Source: Phoronis australis (Eukaryota > Animalia > Phoronida). Taken from it: a stretch of 64,000 nucleotides of DNA. Below are positions 13,201 to 25,200 of this stretch, in pieces (positions within the stretch are counted from its first letter, which is position 1; the number at the start of each line of letters is the position of its first letter). The DNA lies in NCBI GenBank assembly GCA_002633005.1, contig NMRA01000103.1, positions 18,576 through 82,575 of the forward strand, given 5' to 3'. Under the pieces are notes generated by a model. It was given only the letters and a program-made list of their open reading frames with translations. It had not been told where the DNA came from and did no database searches. Position numbers and translations under genes: made by a program.

Positions 13201-16200
13201 CTCCAGTACGTTTATGAACAGCTTCACAAACGAATGTAATAAAGGGTAAGCAAGTTCTGTAATGACACGAATCACTCGTGTCATTACAGAACTAACTTGC
13301 TTACGGTAAAAAACAAATCCCCATTATTTTTGCTTGTTTCAGGTGTATTAATTTGAAAAAGTGAGCAACATTACTAAAAGTACCACACCACCGACTCAAT
13401 TTTCAAAAAATGACACCTGGGGATCTAACGGTCATGTGACCGGAAGTCTGACACCAAATATGCAACAATTACAATGATCAGACAAAATCGGTGGAAATAC
13501 AACAGCAAACACACGAGTGTCTTAAAGGGTGACTGAACAGGGTCAGTAACAGTACCAGCGACAGTAACAGTAACAGTCACATTTGGATTTCTACGTCCAA
13601 GTCAGGTGCAGTGAATGATGCCACATAAATTAAAAATTAATTATAAATTAAACGACAGAGAAGTAGTTCTAGGGATCCTAGGAATTGACCAGAAGATCTT
13701 TACCAACTAAAACTGCCAATCAAATTGGCAGCAAAAAATTCCAAAAACATGACAATAGGCAGACAGAGTGAAGATGAGCCATGAACTATTGTGATATCAA
13801 CTTAAGGTATCACACACAGGCCTATTTTGATGCCTTGATTTCTCCACAAAATGACACAGTAAATTCTTTCCAAATTAGGACAAAATACGACCGAACAGCG
13901 AAACTGTGTTTTATCATTTTGTCCATGAAACATATGCAGCATCAAATTTAATGTTTTGCAAGTTCAAGTACAATACCAAGCCCAGTAGCGTGTAGCGGCT
14001 TGGTGTTGCCATGGTAATTTGTTTTCTTGGATGCTCCTCCTTCCGCCCAACATCCTTGTCAAGTAGAGCAGCCACAATGTCAAAAGCCCTTAAAACTAAA
14101 GGAGGGCAATTTGGCAACTGTTTTTCTCAAATATTGGTCAGATTTTAATGTATCCAGCTATCAAATAATGTTTTCAAAAATCCCATAATTCCTTGACTAA
14201 TTTGAAACAGCTCAATTTAGGAAAAGTTGACAAATTAATCTCATCAAAGTTGTCATTTAAACACTTTTCTTTCCTTGCAGTGAACGATGTCTAGTGGTGT
14301 CTATTGTGACGTGCAAAGTTTGAGACATATTTGGAGTGGTTGAACAAGACAGTGATGTATGAAAGATGAAAACACTCCTTTCAATTCACAACGGAATTAT
14401 ACAAAGCTATATTTACCAAGTGAATTGCTCTTTGTCGGTCAATAATTTGCTGTAGTTTGTTTTGGGCATCTGAATGTTGTTTGGTAAGCTCGTCTATCTG
14501 TTTGGCAAGTTGTTGGCTTTCTGCAACAGCCTCGTTTTCACTCACGGAGTGACCAATCGGATCATGATGCCAACTGGCGATACCTTTTGGCCGAGTGGGA
14601 AGCTCTGGTTCCTCTGCTGCAGCCTCATTCCCATTAACAGTTTGGCTAATCAGACCAAAATGTCGCCTGGTTAAACCTGTCAGCTGTTTAGGCAACTTGT
14701 GTTCTTCTGCAGCCACGTTTTCATTCACTGACTGGCCAGTCAGATCTGGATGCTGACTGGTGATATTTCTTGGTTTCCCGTGGAATTCAGGTTCCTCTGG
14801 TACAGGGCGCTGAATTGTGTTTTCAGAAGTAATACCATTCAGCACAGCTGGGAAGGTGAGATAATTTGTCTGCATAGCGTGGTTGAGGGAGTTCTGTAGT
14901 GTACTGTTGACAGTGGTCCGGGGAAGCTCCGAATACTGTGTCTGAGTTGAACCACTCTCAGATTTGGACGCTAATTCATTTTGTTCTGATTTTAAATCAG
15001 CTAATTTTGATGTCTGAAAGAGTTGTCCACACTGTGAATTTGTCATCTCTGAAGAAGCTTCACCTAGAAAGACATTAGAGTTCCAACAATCTCAAGAAGC
15101 ATGATGGTACCCTGGCCAAATAATCCAAACTGCTAACAAGTTATTTCATTCTCTCTTTTTCCAGAATAAATTGAATTTGTGCCAAAAATATCAAACCGGT
15201 GATGTACCCTGTCGCACATTACAGGTAGCATGACATAAATTGTAACTGGCACAAAATCAATATAATGTACACTTCTATGCAGGGTCAATAATCAATATAA
15301 TGTACACTTCTATGCAGGGTCAATAATCAATATAATGTACACTTCTATGCAGGGTCAATAATCAATATAATGTACACTTCTATGCAGGGTCAATAATCAA
15401 TATAATGTACACTTCTATGCAGGGTCAATAGCTACATAGACTTGACAATAAAGTGCTACATAACTTACAAGAGCAACGCCGAGTGTTGAAATGCGCGCAC
15501 GAATGCATTGCTAATGATGTGCTTTTAGGGTTACTTATTTGTATCATAAAAATGGCCACTAGATGGCGCAAAAACATACAATCCATCCAAAAACAGGAAC
15601 ATGCCACATTTCATAAAAATCTGTCAAGGAACTTCGGAGAAACAAAGGAAAACAGAATAAAATGAAATTGCCACTAGTGGGCACAGTGTCCGTTGGATCC
15701 GCCTGAAAGTGGTCGTCGTCTGTTGTTATCTTCATATAAATACACTTACTAAATTTAGTAAAGATACTGCAGTGGGTTTAAGAGATACAAATATGGGCAC
15801 AAAACAAAACTACCACTAGGAGGCGCCACAATAGTCAGTCACCATCATCAAAGGTCGTCTTCACACTGAGAACATATATGCCAATTTTCAAATGATTTGG
15901 TTGATACAGTGGTGGACACAAAAAACAAGATTTGAAAACATCAAAAATAGCCACTAGATGGTGCAAAAGACCTCGATTCCATCCAAAAACAGGAAGATAG
16001 CGTCATCACACCAATAGATGCCTATATTTAAAATTATATAAAAATCTGTTGAGGACCTTTGAAGATACTGAGTTAAACATAAAAAACTAAAATTGCCACT
16101 AGGGGTCACAGCAGTAATCAGATCTGTCCGAAAGTCGTCATCATCCTTATAGTCAACATCATATAAATACACTTGCTAAATTAAGTAAAGATCCTGCCAA

Positions 16201-19200
16201 CGGTTTAGGAGATACAGTCATAGGCGCAACAAAAACAAAAACAAAACTGCCACTAGGAGGGGCCACAGTAGTCAAAATCGTCGGAAATCATCGTAAACCA
16301 TCCTTTTCATAGTAAGCACATACATGTCAATTTTCACAATTATCTTTTGAGCGGTTTGGTTGATAGAGGGGTGGATGCAAAAAAACAGTAAAAATGGCCA
16401 CTAGGTGGCGCAAACTACATCGAATCCATCCGAAAACGGGAGGCTAGCGTCATCTCACTAATAGGTGCCTACATACCAAATTTCATGAAAATCTGTTCAG
16501 GACTTTTGAAGATACAAAGGTAAGCGTAAAAAACTAAAATTGCCACTAGGGGGCACACCGGTAGTCAGATCCGTCTGAAAGTTCGTTCATGCCGTCCCAC
16601 TCATGTGTCCACATATAAATATGAGGGCGCATAATAATTATTATTTTCCAATATTCCAGGGCACTCCTAGATAAGCATATAACAATGAAGACCACTTGTC
16701 TTTACTCACCATACATCTTTTGAAGCTTCATTAGTCGTTCATGTGCCTTTCTATTCTCCTCACTCAGCTGAGCTATCTGACGTGTCATGGGAGAGGCGCC
16801 ACCTGTTGAGCCATTTTCTACAAACAGCAGAGCACAAGTTCATGCCTTACAGCAAGGAGTGTAGTTCACTTGTGATCTCGTTGTTATTGCTACTACTAGC
16901 GCCGCCAAGTGGTAAATAAGCAACGGTCAAGTAGGAAGCGCAAGAACAATGAGGAAGGACGCATTTTGCAGTGAGATAAATTGCGCTAATTCATCCATGA
17001 AAACTCTAGACGTGTCACTTTTATTTTTCCTAAGGACCCAGAAAAGGCAAGGATTATTTGTTATTTTGCTTTTTCACTTTGTGTGTTCTTTTCACGGTTG
17101 GAAGACAAGTCGATTGCAGTCCCAGTGCCGCTATCGTCTGCAGTGTACACCATTGCACAGGCTACACTCTTGCCTTCTGCAGATACTTTGTCGTCAACGT
17201 AGCTCTACTGAAATTATAGGTGAGGGAGCATCAGAATGAAATACAGTGTTATGGTAGGCATGATGGCCATCGGTCATTAGAAACAAAAGTCCTGGGGTTA
17301 TGCGCAAAACGAGGGCCAAATCTTATCACCACCTCAGCACATGTTGTCAAGGGTCAGGCAAATAACCAAAATTTGTGACGATTGGAGAGGCTCAACATTC
17401 ATGTGGCACACCCCTTGGTTTTCACATGTTTCGCGCTCCTGGGAAGGGGTCAACACCCATTATGTGCCCACCTGGTTTGCACTCCTCCCTTGTACCCATT
17501 TGCTGGCACTTGGGGACAACTCCTCCCTGAACCAGTGGCTGGTTTAGAGGGGGCCAAGTGGGCCATGCCCCCCTAAAATTCTCCCAGATTCATTTGGCAG
17601 TTTGGGGGTGCGAATGTCTGACGGGAAAAATCCTGGCTAATACTCTTTAGTGCCCACCTAACTCAAAATCCTGGATCCACCACTGTGAACCCTCAGGAGC
17701 AATCACTAAAAATATGTAGTTCATGGAGGTATGAAATGTTACACGGAACTGTAATTTGCCTTATTAAGAACTCAAACACGAAACAAAACCATGATGGCTT
17801 TTGAAGGGAGCTTCAAGAGAATGAAAGCAGGTACACTGTAATGGAGCATGCCACCCAAAAAACAACCTAATTTGTGTCAATTTAGCTCTAGCAGTTCCAT
17901 AACGACACGTACGGTTGCGTTACCTGACACCTGACGACAGACGGAGGTGTTGAAATTTTCCAATGACATAATTGGTTTCACACGCAGTCTGTTCAGCAGT
18001 TCACAACACGGGTTAATGGTGTCAGCTTATCGCTTGAATTCATCGTTTAACACCAATAAATCACCAAACTTCGATGTAAAACCCTTAAAAATACACCGAG
18101 TTCTTATAAAAACGTGTTGTTTTATTTCGCTGTTGCGGATTTATTGGTATTTGAACACACCATAGCCTACAAAGTTTGGCAGGCCAATAAGATCCGTAGC
18201 AGGAGTTTGGGGTCTGCTCGGAGTCAAATTCAAAGTATTCTCCGCGAGATACAGACAAAAGAACCTAGATCTGTGTTGTTTAGACTTGTGATTTTTTTAG
18301 TTCTAAACACAAAACGCTTGTTATCTTGACCAGTGGCTCGGAGTCCGATCAGGCCCATCGCGGCCGGCCGTATTGACTCGTTATCCCGGCCAGTGGCTCA
18401 GACATCACAAACATAAACCAGCCAAAGTTCAGTGGAAACTAAACTTCCAGCCTAAAATACTATACTAGGAGCCTAAGTAATGTGCACGTGATTATGTTGG
18501 TGAATTAGCCACGAAACTGCAAATCTACTTACTCGTCAGGCGCCGCGAATTCAGGATCCGCTTTAGGCCACAGCACCGTCTGGGCAGAAGTTGTACATTG
18601 ACAATCATTATTTGAATAATTTAATGTAAATAAAGATTCCCCTAACACCTGGCCGTGGGATGGAAATCGAGTTGTTTTACAACAGTTTCTGCAAGCAAAC
18701 ACTAAATTAGCATGAGCTCACACGGTCTCGGTGTCCCGTCAATTAGTTTTATTGCACCTAAAGCCGGTAACACAGTGATTTATTCATTGCTGGCTTCCCA
18801 AATCATTTGAACTCATGAACACTCCAAGGCATTACAAACTGCATGTAATGAGACAGACTTTGTTTCAGTTTTATATAAGTATTGGCTGGGTTGAGATTAA
18901 TTCATTTTGAAACAGAACGCTCAGTAATAAATGTCAACATGGCAACGTCTGCAGGCCACAGACACGGAAATGTTTCACGGCCTCATACTTGCTATTTACA
19001 GCGAACCTTTCATTCTTCACTACCACGATTCACTTCCTAAGCATTACGGACTCTCGAGGAAGTAAAAAAAAAGATATACCCGCTTTCCAAGTAGCTGCAC
19101 AGTTCGGACAAACGGGAACGATGGACCGCAACACAGCGGCATTCACTCTGCAGATGAACGACTGACGTCGCTAGCGTCGTTTCTCACCTTCTTCACAGGT

Positions 19201-22200
19201 TAGCGCGACACCTATTGGCAAGGTAAGGTCGACCGTATGCGAGGCGATGTGGATATAGACCGATTAAGACGGCAAAAAAGACTAATTAAATCGGGTGGCA
19301 TTCTCCTTTAATATTGATTAAAACACAGTCACATTTTCATTCTCATTCGATTATAAGTGGGTGTTAGTTTACGTTTACCCATTTTCAATCACACAGTAAT
19401 TTTATTGCACGTCGAACATCATTAAAGTATGAATTTATCAGCGTTTACATGGTTTGGACTGCGCCACTAAATTAGTGTTGTTTATTCGCCGCTTAGGACG
19501 CTAGTGTTTCGACCGATTACCACTGCGGCGAATGACAAGATGGCAGCATAAAAGCATTACAACAAAATAACCCAGAATTCCCCGTCATGTTGGCTGACTG
19601 GGAGCTGAATTAATGGTCAGAAAAGTCTCCCCTGATGACTGAGAATGAAGGGAGTTAACAGCAATATTAGTAAGGTGACTAAGGTGTTCGTTAATTTTGC
19701 CACACCAATAGATATTACCAGTCATTTTTGTTATTAACAGAATTAGCCGTAATGACAGGTAAACAGTACTTTGCTCAATTGGTCTTCTAATGTAACTACT
19801 TTGCACAAAACGTCAGAGGCATACGACACTAATATGCTGCGAGGTGTTTTCTGAATATAACAGACTTGATAAGCACTAAGTAGCGCTATATAAGAAAGGG
19901 TCGTCTGATATCTGGAGAGATTGAAAACAGAGCTGTTAACTATGACGGGTATGTTTGTGAGTGACTACCTGAATGCAAGTATTTACACACGGGCAGGAAT
20001 GTTGAAACAACAAGTGCCATCCTGTGAACACAAAAGCCCTCATTATAACGGGCGCCATCCTGTGAACACAAAAGCCCTCATTATAACGGGCGCCATCCTG
20101 TGACGATCAAGGCCCTGATTACAAAACGCGCCATCATGAGATGATCAAGGCCTTCATCACAACAAACGCCATCATGTGAAGATCAAGGCAATCATTACAA
20201 GTGCCATTATGCGAACAAAGCAGGAGTTCTATTGGTCAGTCTCCCACCAGCAACTATACCTTTCATAACTAGTGCTGATCCAACCTTGGTTAGTCTGGGA
20301 GGGGACAGAGGTATAGCCTGGCCCCTTTGATGCTGCTGTACATGAGTGGGCAAGGCACTAAGAACGGTAGTCATCTGTGAGGCTAGCTCATCCACTGTGG
20401 GAGACATCTGGACAACGGGCACTGGACATAAACATACAGTATCATAAATACTCAATCTAATGCTTATTGTAATATTCAATAAAATATTCAATGTAATATT
20501 CAATGTAATAAGTGATCTTGAGCTCATGGTCTTCCTGTACATTACTTTGAATATTACATTGAGTATTACAATGAATTGAACTTAAGACTAAAATCGAAAA
20601 CTGACTACGAAGCCAAATTTGTAAAATTTGAAAATAATGACTGGTCATTTTTTGTGTTTAAAATTGAAAAAAATTTGCAAGTCTGAACTTAAACACACGG
20701 CTATGCTCTCCTGTCTGAATTTCATGAAAGAATAATTCTAATTTATCACTAAACAGACTCCAAACTTTGAGCGACCGGCCTCAGTAAGTTAGCCTACCCA
20801 ACTTTGTAGACTACGGTACCTTCAAAATTTCTATAAATCCCTAACAGTGAAATAAAACAACTCATTTGTTTAACAAGAGCATTGAAATGCGCCCACGAAG
20901 GCACCGCAAATGGTGTGCTTCTAAGGGTGTTTATCAAATATTATAAAACTTCAGAGAAACAGAGGAAAAGGAAAAAAAAATAAAATTGCCACAAGGGGGT
21001 TATGGGCGCAAATCAACCATGACTGATACTAGGAGGCATTACAGTAGTCGAAGTCGTCGGAAAATCATTGTCAACCATCATCTTCACACTAAAAACATAC
21101 ATGCCAATTTCCAAAATCATACTTAGATTGATTTGGTTGATAAAGTGGTACACACAACAAACAGACTACAAACTAAAATGGCCACTAGATGGCACTAAAT
21201 ACGTCAAATCCATCTCGAAACAGGAACATGTTATCGTTTCTATAGCAAGCTATTTACAAAATTTCTTAAAAATCTGGAGTTTGAATTAAAGAAAAAAGAG
21301 AAAACGTAAAAAAATTAAATTGCCACTAGGGGGCACAGGGTTTGTCAGACTCGTCTGAAAGTCGTTGCCGTCCGTTGTCAACTTCATATAAATACACTTG
21401 CTAAACTTGATAAAGATCCTGCCGAGTTTTAAAGATACAACCATGGGCATAAATAAAAATAAAAATAAAACTGCCACTAGGAGGTGCCACAGTAGACGAG
21501 GTCATCAGAAAATCATTGACAGCTGTCCTCTTCACAGTAGGAGCATACATGCCAATTTCCACAATCATCCTTAGAGTGGTTTGGTTGATGCCAAAAAACA
21601 GACTCAAAAACAATAGAAATGGCCACTAGGTGGTGCAAAATACCTGAAATCAAGGTGAATGGATAGCGTCACCTCACTAATAGATCATTATCTGCCACAG
21701 TTTATGGAAATCCATTGAGGACCTTTGAAGATACAGGGGTGAGTGAAAAAATCTGAAACTGGCACTAAGGGGCACACCAGTAGTCCAATCTGTCCGATAG
21801 TCGTCGTCGTGATACGTTGTCAACTTCATATAAATACCTTCGCTAAATTTAATACTTTAGAGCGTTTAGGCGATACAGCCATGGGCACAAAAACAAACAA
21901 ACAAACAAAACTGCCACCAGGAGGTGCCACAGTACTTGAAGTCGTCGGCAAATCATTGTCAGCTGTTTTCTTTACAGTAGGAGCATATATGCCAATTTTC
22001 ACAATCATCCTTTAAGTGGTTTGGTTAACAGAAGGGCGGACGCCAAAAAACTTGAAAACAGAAAAAAATGGCCACTAGATGGCGCAACGTAATCTAATCC
22101 ATCTGAAAACGGTCATCTGCACATCTGCCAAATATCATCAAGATCCTATGAGGGGTTTAGGAGATACAGGTGCTAACCGCCAGATGACAGACTTCCAGAC

Positions 22201-25200
22201 AGAGATGATGACAATATGCACCCACAAATGTGAATGCATAAAAACTCAATGTATTTGTAAAGGAATTTACATCGAATTTTGATGATCTATTGGTGTAAAA
22301 TGATGAATTCAAGCGAAAAGCTAACACAAGTAAGCGTCCTGGGAACTACTGAGCAGACTGTGTTAGAACCTGTGATGTCATTGTTTAATTGTCCTGGGAA
22401 CTACTGAGCAGACTGTGTTAGAACCTGTGATGTCATTGTTTAATTTCAGCAGCTCTGTCTGCCCTCCGGTGTAAGGTAAAAGAACTGAACTTGCTGTTAT
22501 CGAGTGGAGCTACTCGATCTAAACACATTGGTTTTTGGTGGCATTCCCCTTAAAAAACTCTGGCCATTTCCAGAATTAACACAATCAAAAAGACGTTGAT
22601 GATATCAATGCACTTTTCATGGCCTCGACACCGATCTACTGCTCCACTATGTAATCCTGTCATTACAGCTTGTATGCGAGGTGTTACGGTATATTGTCAA
22701 TATGGCCAATGATACTTGTGGATACTTGTTATGTCAAGCACGCACAAATTGAATGTTGAGGATCAGTTCAGTTATAGTCTGACAGTCGACTTAAGGGGTC
22801 GACTATGTACCCACTCTGCCCCAGCCGAGTTATGTTCAACTTTAGTTCCCCTCTGCGTTGGATATTTGGAATATTGCAGTCTTTATGCTTGGAAGTCTCG
22901 ACACAACATGTTTTCACAAGTCACGAGGAACAACTTGAACAACAACTTGTAAGTTTATCTTAGGCAATGTGCTGAATGCACAGTCCATTTTCAGTGAATA
23001 TCTACTTAAAATTAAAATATCAGTGCATTACCTCACCATTCTACTTAAAATTAAAACATCAGTGCATTACCTCACCATTCTACTTAAAATTAAAACATCA
23101 GTGCATTACCTCACCATTCTACTTAAAATTAAAACATCAGTGCATTACCTCACCATTCTACTTAAAATTAAAATATCAGTGCATTACCTCACCATTCTAC
23201 TTAAAATTAAAATATCAGTGCATTACCTCACCATTCTACTTAAAATTAAAAAAAAAGCATGACTAATCAAAACGTGTCGATGGTTATATCATTGTTAAGT
23301 GATGAAGACTAGGCGAACTGTGACGCCATTTTGTTACTTTACCGTACAAGGAAACACTGACGCGAACCATGTTGAGCATACCGATCAATTTTTTTACCAC
23401 AAACGACTCAAACAAAATCTAATTAGGTTGTTTTAATGAGAAAAATGCATACAAAAGTTTTCAGTGACTGCCGATAGCAGACTTCTCATGCTATGACTTA
23501 AAATTTAAAAAAATCAAAGCCAGAATTTTCAACTATCTGACTGTCATTTTTCAGTCCGCTCAGGATGGTTAATAATAGTTACAGCTGTACAAAAGTCATG
23601 TTTGAATTTTGTGACAAACTGCGACAAAAGTTCGATGCATTGCTTAGAGTGCAGGCCCATTGTCACAAGGGATGATTTATTTCCAACAGCCCTGCTCAGC
23701 AAGCCTATCTACCTGTTTTAGGAATTTTGGAAGTATTATGTAATGTTTTTGTTATCTATGCAATTGTAATGGCAGCTTCCAGTGGTCTCCTTCATTTTTC
23801 ATGGTGACAACAAAATTTTTCGTCTACACCTATGTCGTTACATGACCTGTTCTTTCACGTATAGCCCTTAGGAGACGTTCCCGGTGGTCACCCGCTACAA
23901 TTGTCTAATTCACCAAACAAAATCAAACACAACCCAGACACCTTTATGAAAACAATATTGAATTCACAGCAACTGCTCAAAATTAAAAAAATACATGACA
24001 CTCCTTCACAATATTTCACATCACAGCCTCTGCCTGAAATTTACTTTAATTGTGAGAATGACTGAACACTTTAAGACCACATTATTGCAAAGTATTAATT
24101 TCCACCACTGATACTGCACGATTCTATAGAGCTCTACCTGAAGCATCAGTCTGCCTAAGTGTGTTGTCTTCACTTGTCATGGAGGAGGGACTGATCACAG
24201 CATTTGTCTCCCTTGTATCATGGCCTACATCACCTGGCTTCAGCAAACTCTGTGAATAAAGTCCAACAAATAACTTCATCACTATTTTATCCATAAGTTG
24301 TACAAAATAAGACATCTCTGATAAGGTGTAGACACTATGCAGAAATAAAGAACTAGGTTTGAGGAACCAGAATGTCATACGTATGATGAGTTTGTAAAAT
24401 CTACAAAATTAAATATAAAGATGAGCGGTGAGTCTTAAACTACTAGGTGATGATGAGCAATTTATTACATTTAGGAACTGAACAAAATATCAAAACAAAT
24501 TATAAGTGCAGCATACCATCAAATAGTTGAACTTTCCTTCAGCCTCATTCCTATACACAATGAAGTCGGCTTCAAGTTTTGCATGACTGTCACGTAATGT
24601 GGTAAACTCCTGTCAAGAGAAAGAGAACACAGTACATAAACACAAAAAAGACTTATTCTAGTACATAACGTATTGAAGTTTATAATAGCATGAGGCAATC
24701 ATTTAGAGTAGTACACAAAATATTAAAGTTTGTACTAGCATAAAGCAATCACTTAGTGTAAGTAATAAAGTTTGTAATAACAATATGCCTAACATGCATA
24801 AACGTGACTACAAAACACCAATTGCATATCAAAAACATAACAAAACAACCCTACTGTTTGATCAGCTGTCAAATTAGAATCCCCGAAAAAAATCCGATGG
24901 TGCATTAATTAGCTGATTCCAAGTAACGTGCATTTGTTGGTCGACACATGCAACATAGAATTGCAACAATCAATCACAGAACTAGTCCTTTTTCATTGTG
25001 GTTAGTGGGAAAAGTTGTCTGATATTGTTCCTCATTTGGCCATGGTTTATAGTATAATAGAGAATGGCCAGGTGTTACATTTATGGTAAAATAAAGAATG
25101 GTGAGGTAATGCATTTATGATAAAATAAAGAATGGTGGGCAGGGCTTGGAATGACCAATGACAAAAAACGCGGAAAAATTTTACGGCCCAAATCATGCCC

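Noticed and set aside
18532-19150. Exon-like segments on the minus strand (about 18533-18579 and 19080-19142)
   Set aside because: Phases do not fit the SPICE1 chain and there is no recognisable protein similarity
22969-23266. Repetitive 13-aa ORFs
   Set aside because: Translation of a 39-bp intronic minisatellite; no splice context
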